The position numbers were made by a program, and so were the translations under genes. A stretch of DNA of 64,000 bases, taken from Dehalococcoidia bacterium (GTDB taxonomy: Bacteria; Chloroflexota; Dehalococcoidia; Lucifugimonadales; UBA3495). The stretch covers positions 3,092,340-3,156,339 of the forward strand of contig CBDDED010000003.1 of NCBI GenBank assembly GCA_965226825.1. The letters run 5' to 3'. This document shows, piece by piece, positions 1 through 10,765 of this stretch. Position 1 is the stretch's first letter, and each line of letters begins with the position of its first letter. Under the pieces are notes generated by a model. That model searched no databases. It was not told the DNA's origin and worked only from the letters and a program-made list of their open reading frames with translations.

Positions 1-528
1 GCCCTGGAAGTGCGCCGCCGGATTTCGGATGTCAGGGACATTGTCGAGGTCAACATTGAGACCCTGGAGCAGGCGGTCAATATCATGGCCGGAGACCCGG
101 AGAAGTGGCGGCCCGCAAACCGGGAGACGGCGGACCATTCCATGCCATACACGGTGGGCGTGGCGTTGACCCACGGATCGGTGGAAGAGCGGCATTTCGA
201 CCCGGTATACCTGGGCGATGAGGACTTGCTGGACCTGGTGGGCCGGGTCAAAGTCAAGGTCTCGGAAGAAGCAAACCGGCGGGCGCCGGAGGCCATGCTG
301 TGTCGCCTGGAGGTGGTGATGGCATCGGGCGAGCGGTTTTCTTCCGAGGTGGCCTACCACAAGGGCCACTACAAAGACCCTCTCTCCGATGCCGAAGTCA
401 GCGAGAAATTCCGGCGCCAGTGCCGCGGGATTTTGTCCGAATCCCGCACCAATGCTCTCTTGGACCGCTTATGGCGTCTGGAAACCGTGGAAGAGATGGG
501 GGATATCCTCCGGCTGGCCAAAGTTTAG
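1..528 (+). CDS. MmgE/PrpD family protein, C-terminal part (5' end outside window)
   Basis: RETADHSMPY and KGHYKDPLSDAEVSEKF motifs typical of the PrpD C-terminus. Confidence 0.8.
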   Translation, partial: ALEVRRRISDVRDIVEVNIETLEQAVNIMAGDPEKWRPANRETADHSMPYTVGVALTHGSVEERHFDPVYLGDEDLLDLVGRVKVKVSEEANRRAPEAMLCRLEVVMASGERFSSEVAYHKGHYKDPLSDAEVSEKFRRQCRGILSESRTNALLDRLWRLETVEEMGDILRLAKV

Positions 529-610
529 CCGGTCCAGACCAGATCTTATCGCCGGGCCTGTTGGGTCTCACCGTTGGGCCGGTTGGGGTCCCCGGCCGGA
601 GGCCGCGCCA

Positions 611-1021
611 TTAACCCGCGGGGTCGGGATAGTTGCCGGAGTGGTCTTCGAAAGCGCCGGAGGCGGGGAAAATTTGTTGGTACAGTCCCCGGGCCCGCTG
701 CCGGATATGGGGCGCCGCCGCCTCTCGGAGCTTGCTGGGACGGGCGCGTTGGGCCAGGTACATCTCGCTTTCCAGCGGTGAAGCATCCTCCAGTTCCCAG
801 ATGCAGAGATACTGTAAAACCCCTTCACCCTCCTGCAGCTTGAACCGGCGGGCGCTGACGTAGCCGGGTATTTCCAGGCGCTCGGGCAGGTGTTCGTCGT
901 TGTACCACCGGTTGAAGGCTTCCTCGTGCCCTTCGTCCACTTCCATCATCACAACCAGAATCGTGCCGCCGACGTGCTGGCTGGGCTGCTGGTCGGATGC
1001 CCGTTCCTTGGATGCCGTCAT
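611..1021 (-). CDS. EthD/DUF4286-like dimeric alpha-beta barrel protein
   Basis: FNRWYNDEHLPERLEIPGYVSARRF motif; GGAGG RBS upstream. Confidence 0.7.
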   Translation of the reverse strand: MTASKERASDQQPSQHVGGTILVVMMEVDEGHEEAFNRWYNDEHLPERLEIPGYVSARRFKLQEGEGVLQYLCIWELEDASPLESEMYLAQRARPSKLREAAAPHIRQRARGLYQQIFPASGAFEDHSGNYPDPAG

Positions 1022-1351
1022 GAGTGTCCCTCCATATCATTAGCACAATCGGACCCGGAAAATAAACGGACCCGGCGGGGCGGCTACCCTATAGCCGAAA
1101 CAGTGTAGGAGCAACCGGCGGAAGCTTCCTGCCAAGGCTGGGAGACTCGCCGCTGGGGGGCGCGCCGCAATGCGGCATCGCTTGCGCAGAGGCAGGATAT
1201 GGGTTCCGGTAATAACATTTATGCAGCAATTCGGCGGCTTGTGCGTGGGTAGCCGGTAGTATAACATTGGGAAGGTTTGGGCTCCGCTCCAGGGGTCGCG
1301 AATCGGCCCGTATTGGGCTTCTATGCTATGGGGGTTTGCCACGGGAGTGCG

Positions 1352-1831
1352 ATGAATCAGCAGGTCCGGTTTAAAGTCAACGGCGGCGACTATGAGTTGG
1401 AAATCCCCGCGCGCCGCCTATTGTTGGATTGTCTGCGGTTTGATCTTGGATTGACCGGCGCCAAAGAGGGTTGCAGCGTGGGCGTGTGCGGCGCTTGCAC
1501 CGTTTTGGTTGACGGGGAGATGTATGCGTCTTGCATTACCCTGGCCGCGGCGGTGGACGGCGCTGAAATCACCACTATTGAAGGCATTGCACAGGAAGGC
1601 CGGTTGCATCCGGTGCAGCAGGCGTTTATCGACAATGGCGGGTTCCAGTGCGGAATTTGCACACCGGGCCAGGTGGTGGCCGCAAAAGCGCTGTTGGACC
1701 AGAACCCCGATCCCAGCGAGGAAGAAATCAAGGCTTGGATGATGGGCAACCTGTGCCGGTGCACCGGGTACTACGGAATCCTGAATTCCATTGTTGAGGC
1801 TGCCCGCTCGGCCAAAGGCGGCACAGCGTGA
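1352..1831 (+). CDS. coxS: (2Fe-2S)-binding small subunit of a molybdenum hydroxylase (CoxS/XdhC-like)
   Basis: GCSVGVCGACTV, QCGICTPG and NLCRCTGY Fe-S motifs; start placed at MNQQ after GGGAG. Confidence 0.9.
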   Translation: MNQQVRFKVNGGDYELEIPARRLLLDCLRFDLGLTGAKEGCSVGVCGACTVLVDGEMYASCITLAAAVDGAEITTIEGIAQEGRLHPVQQAFIDNGGFQCGICTPGQVVAAKALLDQNPDPSEEEIKAWMMGNLCRCTGYYGILNSIVEAARSAKGGTA

Positions 1832-2703
1832 ACGATTTCGAGTTTCATAGTCCCACCAGCTTGGCGGAAGCATTCGATTTAATGGACCGCTACGGTGACG
1901 ACGGCCGGGTGATGGCCGGCGGGACCGGGCTGGTGCTGCAAATGAAGCAGCGGTTGTCCCAACCGGGGCACGTGATCGGCTTGAAGAAGATTCCGGGTCT
2001 GGACTCTATTAAATCCGAGTCCAACGGCAACGGCGGCCCCGTCGAGGTTGGCGCTCTGTGCACCCACCACCGGCTGGAGACTAACCCGGTGATGCGTCAA
2101 TACTTCCCCTTGGTGGTCCAGACCTACGAACACGTGGCCACCACGCGGATCCGCTCCATGGCCACCGTCGGCGGGGGCCTGGTTCACGGCGATCCTAACG
2201 AAGACCCGCCGCCCACGCTCATTGCTCTGGGAGCGTCGGTGGAGCTGACATCCGCCAGCGGAAGCCGGGTAGTGCCCGTAGAGGGTCTGTTCCTGGACTA
2301 CTACGAGACCGACGTCCAACCCGGTGAAATCTTGACCAGTGTGACGATACCTCCGATGCCGGCGGTATCGGGTGGTGTCTACATCAAGTTTCTCCCCAAG
2401 ACCGCTGACGACTACGGCACGGTGTCGGTGGCTGCAATCGTAACACCGGACGAAAACAACCTGTGCCGGGACGTGAAGATTGTCCTGGGCTCGGTGGGCA
2501 TGACTCCCGTTCATGCCACCGGCGCCGAGGAGATTCTCAGAGGCAGGCCTTTGACCGAGGAAAATATCGCCGCCTGTGCCGCCGCAGTAAAAGATGCGGT
2601 GGACCCGTTGGATGATTTCAGGGGGTCCGCGGACTACAAAAGGGATATGGCGGAAGTCTTCACCCGGCGGGCCATCCGTCAGGCGGTGGCAGGGGCTTCC
2701 TAG
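1828..2703 (+). CDS. coxM: FAD-binding medium subunit of a molybdenum hydroxylase (CoxM-like)
   Basis: AGGTGL, IRSMATVGG and DFRGSADYKR motifs; GTGA overlap with coxS. Confidence 0.9.
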   Translation: MNDFEFHSPTSLAEAFDLMDRYGDDGRVMAGGTGLVLQMKQRLSQPGHVIGLKKIPGLDSIKSESNGNGGPVEVGALCTHHRLETNPVMRQYFPLVVQTYEHVATTRIRSMATVGGGLVHGDPNEDPPPTLIALGASVELTSASGSRVVPVEGLFLDYYETDVQPGEILTSVTIPPMPAVSGGVYIKFLPKTADDYGTVSVAAIVTPDENNLCRDVKIVLGSVGMTPVHATGAEEILRGRPLTEENIAACAAAVKDAVDPLDDFRGSADYKRDMAEVFTRRAIRQAVAGAS

Positions 2704-2720
2704 GCCCGGCCTCAACGCCC

Positions 2721-3182
2721 ATGAGATTGGAGAATAGCTGCCTGATACCCACCGACCCGGCGACCGCTTGGAACCTTATCATGGACATCCCCGAAGCCGC
2801 CGTATGTGTCCCCGGCCTGAAGGAGATAACCCCCGAGGGGGACGGCCGTTATTCGGCCTCCCTGCAGGCGCGAGTGGGTCCGATGAGCCTTAACTTCTCC
2901 GGGACGGTGTCGGTGCTGGAATCGCATGCAACTCTCCGGGAAGCCAGGGTTCTTGTGGAGGCATCCGACCGCCGGGTGGGCGGGTCCATCAAGGCCGATA
3001 TGACGATTACCGTGACGGAACATGAGCCCGGACAGACCCGGCTGGGCATAGTGACCGAGACGGCTTTCATGGGCAAGCTGGGGGAATTGGGCCAACCCTT
3101 GATGCATCGCAAAGCCAGGACTACCGTTGAGGAGTTTGCCAAAAACTTGGCGCGGTCTATTCAGCGCCAAATCGGAGAGTAA
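2721..3182 (+). CDS. coxG: CoxG/SRPBCC family protein
   Basis: W...D.PE.A.CVPG N-terminus and GKLGELG; context with coxSM. Confidence 0.8.
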   Translation: MRLENSCLIPTDPATAWNLIMDIPEAAVCVPGLKEITPEGDGRYSASLQARVGPMSLNFSGTVSVLESHATLREARVLVEASDRRVGGSIKADMTITVTEHEPGQTRLGIVTETAFMGKLGELGQPLMHRKARTTVEEFAKNLARSIQRQIGE

Positions 3183-3598
3183 AACCATCTGCCGGTTGAC
3201 CCTTAACCGCACGGACGCCTCCATTGGCCTGGCTTTTCAACCTGCCGCCCCCTTGAATCTACCCCGGGGCTCCCGGTTCGGCCGATGGCTATAGGCGCTG
3301 CCCCAGGGCTGCTGAGAAGCGGCCCCCAATTTGTCCTTCCGGGGATTCCGCGCCCGGGGTTGAACGCGTGCCGAATATCCCCAATCCGAACTAACACTGG
3401 GCGGCTGGGGCCGGAGCGAGCTCAATGCTCCGACCGGTCTGGGCGGGAACGGGCTTGTCGGGTTGCGGTGAGCTTGTGGTTCCACTCTCAAGGATGGCTC
3501 AGCATGCTTGAGTTTTGCGCCAACACACCGCCGGCAATCAAGGTCCGTAATAGCTTGGCGTGGTTTTGGCGGTGTTGCCGACCAAGCCGGAGGTTACT

Positions 3599-5485
3599 TT
3601 GTGCGGAATAGTCGGGTACGTTGGGAACGAGCCCGCTTGGCCCATCATTCTGGAAGGGCTCCAGGGGTTGGAGTACCGGGGGTATGATAGCGCCGGAGTC
3701 GTCGTAGTCGACGATGATGGACAACTTCAGTTCCGCAAGACGGTCGGTAAAGTGCGGGGCCTTGGTTCTCCATCCAGCCCATACCCTCTCCTGGGCGCCA
3801 CCGGGCTGGGCCACACCCGTTGGGCGACCCACGGGCGGCCGTCCCATGCCAATGCTCATCCGCAGACCGACTGCCACCACCGGGTGGCGGTGGTGCACAA
3901 CGGGATTGTCGAAAACTACCTGGAACTTAAGCGACAGTTGCTCGCTGACGGGCATACTTTCTCCTCCGATACCGACACTGAGGTCATCACCCACCTGATT
4001 GAAGCTGGCATCGACCGGGGAATGAACCTGGAAGATGCCGTGCTGGACATGGCCCATGCCATCCGGGGCTCACAGGCAATCACCGCGATGCTTCATGGGT
4101 CGGAAGGCAAGATTTGCGCAGTGCGGTTGGGCCATGCGGGAGGCATTGTGGTCGCCCACAAGGATGGCCAGGGCATCGTGGGCAGCGACTTACCGGCGGT
4201 CCTCCCCCTGCTGCGAAGGAATTCCAACGGGTCTCATGGCAGCCTTCCTTCCGGGTTCCCGGTGGGCTTTTTGGACGCAGGGGAGATGGCGGTGGTTACT
4301 GAAGAAGGTGTTGAGTATCGCGATTTGGAAGGCAACCCCTTGACCAAGGTTCTGCGCGCCGTTTCCCAGGAGGACGTGGTAGTGGACAAGGGAGGGCGCC
4401 GCCACTTCATGCTCAAGGAGATATTGGAACAGCCCCAATCGGTGGCGAGCGCCCTGGCAGGCCGGGTTGACTTTGAGGCGGGCCAGGTGGCGCTGCCCGA
4501 GTTGTCTGTCATTGAGGAGCGGCTAAAGGACGTACAGCGGGTGGTGCTGATTGGCTGCGGCACCAGCATGCACGCTGCCATGATCGGCCGTCACCTGGTG
4601 GAGAGGTTGAGCGGGTTGCCGGCGGAAGCGGAAAGCGCGTCTGAGTACCGGTATCGCGACCCCTACGTCGACAAACACACGTTGGTTGTTGCTATCGGTC
4701 AGTCGGGAGAGACCGCGGATACCATTGCCACGATGCAAATGGTGAAAGAAAAAGGGGCGGTGCTGGTCACGATATGTAATTCCGAAAGCAGCCAGGCGTC
4801 CCGGTTGGCCGACGTCACGCTGTACATGCGCGCCGGAATAGAGATCGGCGTGGCGAGCACCAAGACCTTTGTGGCTTCGCTGACGATCCTGAACCTTCTG
4901 GCAACCTACCTGGGCCAAGCCAGGGGGTTTTTGACGCCGGAACAGACCCGGTCGGTGGTGGACGCGTTGGCCCAGTGCCCAAGGCTGGTCGGTGAATTGC
5001 TGGCCGATGTATCCCAGTATCAGGATTTGGCCCGGCGGTTTTCCGGATACAACGACTTCCTATTCCTGGGCCGCGGCATTCACACTCCGGTTGCTTTCGA
5101 GGGAGCGCTTAAACTAAAGGAAATCAGTTACATCCACGCCGAAGGATGTTCCGCTGGAGAGATCAAGCACGGTCCGATTGCCCTGATCGACTCCCGCATG
5201 GTGACCCTGGCGCTGGCGCCCAAGGACCAACTGTACGAAAAAGTAGCGAACAACGTGAAAGAGGTCAAAGCCAGGGACGGCGTGGTTCTGGCGGTTCTAA
5301 CCCGAGGAGACACCGAGTTGTCCGCAGAAGTTGACCACGCTCTCTATATCCCCGAAGTGCCGGAGCACCTGAGCCCCATCATCGCCTCGGTGCCGCTGCA
5401 GTTACTGGCCTACCACATCGCGGTCCAGCGCGGCTGCGACGTGGACCAACCCCGCAACCTGGCCAAGTCGGTGACGGTGGAGTAG
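3599..5485 (+). CDS. glmS: glutamine--fructose-6-phosphate aminotransferase
   Basis: TTG start giving MCGIVG after GGAGG; LEYRGYDSAG, GHTRWATHG and C-terminal PRNLAKSVTVE. Confidence 0.97.
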   Translation: MCGIVGYVGNEPAWPIILEGLQGLEYRGYDSAGVVVVDDDGQLQFRKTVGKVRGLGSPSSPYPLLGATGLGHTRWATHGRPSHANAHPQTDCHHRVAVVHNGIVENYLELKRQLLADGHTFSSDTDTEVITHLIEAGIDRGMNLEDAVLDMAHAIRGSQAITAMLHGSEGKICAVRLGHAGGIVVAHKDGQGIVGSDLPAVLPLLRRNSNGSHGSLPSGFPVGFLDAGEMAVVTEEGVEYRDLEGNPLTKVLRAVSQEDVVVDKGGRRHFMLKEILEQPQSVASALAGRVDFEAGQVALPELSVIEERLKDVQRVVLIGCGTSMHAAMIGRHLVERLSGLPAEAESASEYRYRDPYVDKHTLVVAIGQSGETADTIATMQMVKEKGAVLVTICNSESSQASRLADVTLYMRAGIEIGVASTKTFVASLTILNLLATYLGQARGFLTPEQTRSVVDALAQCPRLVGELLADVSQYQDLARRFSGYNDFLFLGRGIHTPVAFEGALKLKEISYIHAEGCSAGEIKHGPIALIDSRMVTLALAPKDQLYEKVANNVKEVKARDGVVLAVLTRGDTELSAEVDHALYIPEVPEHLSPIIASVPLQLLAYHIAVQRGCDVDQPRNLAKSVTVE

Positions 5486-5740
5486 GGTCTGGCCTCGTGA
5501 TTGGACCGAGTGCGACGAGCGGGGTGGAGCGTTCAAAACCCCTGCGGCTTCCGGTATGCCCTAACCTAACCGCCCAAACCCTGTTGAGCTTGCGCCTTTC
5601 GAAAACTGCTCAAAGAATGGTCGGAAATGGTCTTGTGTTTGGACAACAAGAGTGAAATCATGCTAGCGCCAATGGAATTCGACGATCGGGTCGAAGTTTC
5701 GGGAGGAACTTGGCCAGTTCTAAAGAGGGTCTGCCCATAG

Positions 5741-7108
5741 ATGTTCGTTAAATTGGACCATTCTGCTATATCCAAGGATGCCTACCTAGATATCGTGTCC
5801 CCCAATCTGGCCTATGAGCTCACTGCCCTGGCCGAGGAACTCCGCCACCTGCGAGTGGTCCATATTAACAGCACCGCCACCGGTGGCGGCGTCGCTGAAA
5901 TCCTTCAATCCATGACGCCCTTGATGAATGCCCTGGGATTGCACACGGAGCGGGTGGTCATTGATGGCGCTCCCGAGTTTTTCCAGGCGACCAAGCGAAT
6001 TCACAACCTGCTCCAAGGGGCGGAAGGGTCCCTGTCGGCAGCCGAGTTTGAGACTTATTTGCAGACCAACCAGCGTGTCGCCGATGATTTTCAACGGCAA
6101 GGACTGGAGGCCGACGCCTGGTTTTTCCACGATCCCCAGGTGTTGCCTCTGGCCGGCATGTTGCCTCACCGGCACGCCGAGGTGAGGAACTGGATTTGCC
6201 ACATCGATTTAACTGCGCCCAGCGAATCGGCCATGAACTCCCTGCTGCCATTCACGCGGGACTACGACAATCTGTTCTTCTCCCACAACGAGTACGTGCC
6301 TGCGGGATTGGAAAACGCGCGGGTGCACATTACCCCTCCGGCGATCGACCCCATGAGCGTGAAAAACACGGCGCTGAGCGACCGGGACGCCGCCTCTATG
6401 GTGGCCGCTATGGGCATCGACCCGGACCGCCCATTGGTCACCCAGGTGTCGCGGTTTGACCTTTGGAAGGACCCCATCGGAGTCGTGGACGCCTACCGAC
6501 TGGCTCGGGAGGAGGTTCCAGGGTTGCAACTGGCCATGTTGGGCCTCAGCCAGGCCATTGATGACCCGGAAGCCCTCAATGTCCTTAACGCAGTGGAAAA
6601 TCACGCCGGCGGAGACCCGGATATCCACCTGTACTTTTATCCCGTAGACCTGCCCGGTTCCATAGACCAGGTGGTGAATGCGTTTCAGGTCGCTTCCCAG
6701 GTGGTGTTGCAAAAGTCCACCCGGGAAGGGTTTGGGCTGACTGTCACCGAAGCCATGTGGAAAGGGAAGCCGGTCATTGGCGGCAACGTTGGCGGCATCC
6801 GGGTCCAGATCGAAGACGAAATAAGCGGGTATCTGGTGGACTCTCCGGAAACCTGCGCCCGGCGCATAGTCCAGTTGATGAAAGACGCGGAGCTTCGTCA
6901 ACAGTTGGGCGACGCGGCCCACGAGTCCGTCCGCCAAAAGTTCCTGTTGCCCCGGCTGACCGCGGACTACCTGCGGGCGGTCAAGGCAGGCTTGAGCTCC
7001 AATGGCAGCAACGGGACTAACGGGAGCAGCAGCGGCCATGCCAACGATGCCTTCGAAGGGATGACCGGCGAAGTCGGCGCTCCGCCAACCCCAGTGCTTG
7101 GCGATTAG
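5741..7108 (+). CDS. treT: GT4 glycosyltransferase, trehalose synthase TreT-like
   Basis: HINSTATGGGVAEIL, QVSRFDLWKDP and QKSTREGFGLTVTEAMWKG motifs. Confidence 0.8.
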   Translation: MFVKLDHSAISKDAYLDIVSPNLAYELTALAEELRHLRVVHINSTATGGGVAEILQSMTPLMNALGLHTERVVIDGAPEFFQATKRIHNLLQGAEGSLSAAEFETYLQTNQRVADDFQRQGLEADAWFFHDPQVLPLAGMLPHRHAEVRNWICHIDLTAPSESAMNSLLPFTRDYDNLFFSHNEYVPAGLENARVHITPPAIDPMSVKNTALSDRDAASMVAAMGIDPDRPLVTQVSRFDLWKDPIGVVDAYRLAREEVPGLQLAMLGLSQAIDDPEALNVLNAVENHAGGDPDIHLYFYPVDLPGSIDQVVNAFQVASQVVLQKSTREGFGLTVTEAMWKGKPVIGGNVGGIRVQIEDEISGYLVDSPETCARRIVQLMKDAELRQQLGDAAHESVRQKFLLPRLTADYLRAVKAGLSSNGSNGTNGSSSGHANDAFEGMTGEVGAPPTPVLGD

Positions 7109-7322
7109 GGCGTTCCAACCGGCCACCGTAAGCGGAGGAGACGACGGTCCAGGTCCGGGATAGGACCCAGTTCCGCCCGCCTGACGTCCGCGGTTCTCTC
7201 CGGATATAACCAGGCGGCGGGCCTCTATCTTGCCTTGGTTTGGTGGATAGGATACAGTCTACCCCGATTCGGGTTGCCCCGGTCTGTGATAGTCAAAGCT
7301 TGGGATCCTTGGTGGTCTTGGA

Positions 7323-8423
7323 ATGCAATCAACAACTGTCCTGATGGTAATCGACGGTCTGGATCCCGAGTATCTAGCCGCTTCACCCGCAACTAACTTG
7401 GCTCAACTGGCCAAAGACGGGTTCCGCGTTGATGCCTCGGCGGTTATGCCGACGGTGACCAACGTCAACAACGTTTCTCTGATTACCGGAAGCTATCCGG
7501 AGGTCCACGGGATCAATTCCAACTTTTGGCTGAACCGCAGCTCGGGCGAGGAAGTGTACACCGAGTCCGCGGAATTCATCGGTTGTGAGACCATGTTCCA
7601 GAGGGCGGCGCAACAAGGGGCGCGTACGCTGCTGGTCACCGCCAAGGATAAGCTCAGAACATTGCTGGGGGATGGAGCCACCCTGAGCGTTTCATCAGAA
7701 TGCCCGCCCGCGTGGGTGGTAGAGGGAGTGGGCGAGCCGCCGCCCATTTACTCGGTGGAGGTGAACCAGTGGGTGGTGGACGCCGCGCGGTTCATTTTGA
7801 GCAACGAGCCCTATGACCTGGCCTACGTAACCACCACAGATTACGCCATGCACACCTTCGCGCCGGAGGAGTCGGAATCCCAACGCCACATGGAGTTGTT
7901 GGACCAGGCGGTAGGCAAGCTGGTTGAAACATTGCCGAGTCCCCAGGTCTTGATTACGGCGGACCATGGCATGTCGGAAAAGAGCGCAATGGTCCACTTA
8001 CCCGAGGTGCTGGCGGCCCATGGCATCGAGGCCCGCGCCGTTCCCATCATCAAGGACAGGTACACCGTTCATCATTCCAACCTTGGCGGATGTATCTACC
8101 TCTACCTCTCCAGGGACCAGGTTGAGCCGGCCCTGGCGGTTCTGGCAGAGACCGATGGCGTGGATGAAGCCCTGGACCGGGAACAGGCAGCAGTTCGTTT
8201 TCACCTCATGCCGGACCGCATCGGAGACATTATGGTGATGGCCGGTCCCCGCGTGGTTTTTGGAGACCACCAACAGGTGGACTTGCCCCCGCGCTTGAGG
8301 TCCCACGGCTCCCTCCATGAGGCAACCGTGCCGATAATCGGCTGGGGCGGCTCGTTCCACGGGCATCAGTTTCGGGAGAACGTCGATTTAGGCCGCTACG
8401 TGTTTCAGCACGTGCTGGCCTAG
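7323..8423 (+). CDS. phnA: alkaline phosphatase superfamily protein, phosphonoacetate hydrolase-like
   Basis: IDGLD, MPTVTNVNN, TADHGM and LRSHGSLHE motifs. Confidence 0.7.
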   Translation: MQSTTVLMVIDGLDPEYLAASPATNLAQLAKDGFRVDASAVMPTVTNVNNVSLITGSYPEVHGINSNFWLNRSSGEEVYTESAEFIGCETMFQRAAQQGARTLLVTAKDKLRTLLGDGATLSVSSECPPAWVVEGVGEPPPIYSVEVNQWVVDAARFILSNEPYDLAYVTTTDYAMHTFAPEESESQRHMELLDQAVGKLVETLPSPQVLITADHGMSEKSAMVHLPEVLAAHGIEARAVPIIKDRYTVHHSNLGGCIYLYLSRDQVEPALAVLAETDGVDEALDREQAAVRFHLMPDRIGDIMVMAGPRVVFGDHQQVDLPPRLRSHGSLHEATVPIIGWGGSFHGHQFRENVDLGRYVFQHVLA

Positions 8424-8484
8424 AACAAATCACAGGCTATTCCTCACGTAGTAGACAAAGTCCGCACCGCTTTCCACACCTGAG

Positions 8485-9432
8485 ATGACTGACAACCGGA
8501 TTACAGTACTGGCCCCCGGCACCACGGCTAACCTGGGCCCCGGATTTGACTGCCTGGGCATGGCGTTGGACATTTGGAACCGCCTGGAAGTGGTCGTTGG
8601 AGACGCTGAATCGACCACGGGGCCGGCAGCTTCCGGGGACTCCGCTGCTGATGTTGTGGTCATTGGGGAAGGAGCCGGGGAGCTCAGCTCCGGGCGGGAT
8701 AACCTGGTTTACCAGGCCATGGAGTTTTTGTTCCACGAAGCCGGGGAAGACATGCCTCCGGTGCGGCTCAGATGCCAAAATGAAATTCCATTGAAACGGG
8801 GACTGGGCAGCAGCGCTGCCGCCATTGCCGGTGGGTTGGCGGCGGCCAATGCGTTGGCCTCAACCCGCTTCTCCAGTAATGAACTCCTGGAAATGGCCGT
8901 AACCATAGAAGGGCACCCCGACAACGTTGCGGCGGCAGTGATGGGCGGGCTCCAATTGGTGGTGGCGGACGGCAACCGGATTCTAACGGCACAGATCAAC
9001 GTCCCGCCGGAGATTCACGCGGTTTTGTTCGTTCCTTCTATGAGAATCTCTACCTCCGATGCCCGGGAGGTCCTGCCTGAAACGGTGCCGCGGGCGGATG
9101 CGGTTTTCAACATGAGCCGGGCCGCCCTGTTGGTGGCCGGAATGACCGGCAATCATCCCGAGTATCTTGCGGAAGCCACCCGGGACAGTCTGCATCAGCC
9201 CTATCGCCAGCCGCTTTTTCCGGCAATGAAGCTGCTTTTCCAGGCGGCCCTGGATGCGGGGGCCCTGGGCGCGTTTCTGTCCGGCAGCGGCTCGACAGTG
9301 CTGGCGCTCACCCAGGGCCGGGAGATGACGGTGGCCTATGAGATGGCCGAGGCAGCCAAGCAGATGGGTGTGGAGGGCCAGGTCAGGGTGACCCTGCCGA
9401 CTTTTCAGGGCGCCCATGTAATCAACGGCTAG
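8485..9432 (+). CDS. thrB: homoserine kinase
   Basis: TTANLGPGFD, GLGSSAAA, EGHPDNV and LSGSGST motifs. Confidence 0.95.
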   Translation: MTDNRITVLAPGTTANLGPGFDCLGMALDIWNRLEVVVGDAESTTGPAASGDSAADVVVIGEGAGELSSGRDNLVYQAMEFLFHEAGEDMPPVRLRCQNEIPLKRGLGSSAAAIAGGLAAANALASTRFSSNELLEMAVTIEGHPDNVAAAVMGGLQLVVADGNRILTAQINVPPEIHAVLFVPSMRISTSDAREVLPETVPRADAVFNMSRAALLVAGMTGNHPEYLAEATRDSLHQPYRQPLFPAMKLLFQAALDAGALGAFLSGSGSTVLALTQGREMTVAYEMAEAAKQMGVEGQVRVTLPTFQGAHVING

Positions 9433-9473
9433 AGCAAGGACCGGGACGTAATACCCGATATGGAATCCAATTG

Positions 9474-10736
9474 ATGGCGCTGGTTGTTCAAAAATACGGA
9501 GGATCGTCGGTTGCCGACGCCGAAAAGATACTGGGCGTCGCGCAGCGCATCGCGCGGGCCAAAGAGTCAGGCCAGGACATAGTGGCAGTGGTTTCGGCCA
9601 TGGGTGACTCCACCGACGACCTGCTTCGATTGGCCCAAACCGTCTCCACCGCTCCCGACCCCAGAGAACTTGACCTCCTCCTTTCCACCGGTGAGTTGGT
9701 CTCTTGTACGCTGCTGACTATGGCGTTGCGGGGCATGGGACTCCCGGCGGTCAGTCTCAGCGGCTTTCAGGCCGGCATACACACCGATACGATGTACGGC
9801 CGGGCAAGAATCCACCGCATCGATCCAAGCCGTATAGAACATGAACTGAATAAAGGGCGTCTGCCGGTCGTGGCAGGCTTCCAGGGCATAACAGAGGACC
9901 AGGACGTCACCACGCTGGGCCGGGGTGGGTCCGACACCACCGCGGTGGCTTTGGCGGCGGCCCTGGAGGCGCACCGGTGCGAAATATACACCGACGTGGA
10001 TGGCATCTTTTCCGCCGACCCGAGGGTGGCGCCACTGGCCCGGAAGCTGGATGAGATCAGCTATGAAGAAATGCTGGAAATGGCTTCCTACGGGGCCAAG
10101 ATGCACCGCCGGTCAATCGAGTTGGGCGCGGCCTACAAGGTGCCCATCTACGTGGCCTCAACTTTCGGGAACGCCACGGGAACACTCATTCACGACAAAC
10201 CCGAATCAACGCCGGTGAACGATATGTCTCACAATTTGTCTATGGAAGATCGGATCAGGGCCACCGGTATCGTCGGCACCGGCAACGTGGCCAAAATCAC
10301 CGTGCGGGCGTTGCCGGACCGTCCCGGTGTGGCCGCCGCTCTGTTCGAACCTCTGGCCCGGGTGGGTATCAGCGTGGATACCATTGTCCAGAACACCAGC
10401 CTGGAACGGACCACCGATATCAGCTTCACGGTCTCGCGCACCGATTTGCCGGCTGCCTTGCAGGAGGTCGAGCAGGTCTTGCCTCAGCTCGGAGCCGAGA
10501 CGGTCATCAGCGACTCCAACCTTGGGTCGGTGAGCGTCATTGGTTCCGGTATGCAGAACAACCCCGGGTTTGCGGCCAGGATGTTCCGCATTCTGGCTGA
10601 CGGAAACGTCAATATCGACATGATCACTACGTCGGAGATCAGGATCTCCTGCATAATCAACGAAAGCCAGGTGGGTGAGGCGGTCCGTTTGCTCCACACG
10701 GGGTTTGAATTGGACGGGGACCCGGAAACAGCTTGA
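9474..10736 (+). CDS. lysC: aspartate kinase
   Basis: QKYGGSSV and TTLGRGGSDTTA motifs; two ACT domains. Confidence 0.95.
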   Translation: MALVVQKYGGSSVADAEKILGVAQRIARAKESGQDIVAVVSAMGDSTDDLLRLAQTVSTAPDPRELDLLLSTGELVSCTLLTMALRGMGLPAVSLSGFQAGIHTDTMYGRARIHRIDPSRIEHELNKGRLPVVAGFQGITEDQDVTTLGRGGSDTTAVALAAALEAHRCEIYTDVDGIFSADPRVAPLARKLDEISYEEMLEMASYGAKMHRRSIELGAAYKVPIYVASTFGNATGTLIHDKPESTPVNDMSHNLSMEDRIRATGIVGTGNVAKITVRALPDRPGVAAALFEPLARVGISVDTIVQNTSLERTTDISFTVSRTDLPAALQEVEQVLPQLGAETVISDSNLGSVSVIGSGMQNNPGFAARMFRILADGNVNIDMITTSEIRISCIINESQVGEAVRLLHTGFELDGDPETA

Positions 10737-10765
10737 GCCGCCCATTCTTGTAAGAGGAAAATATC

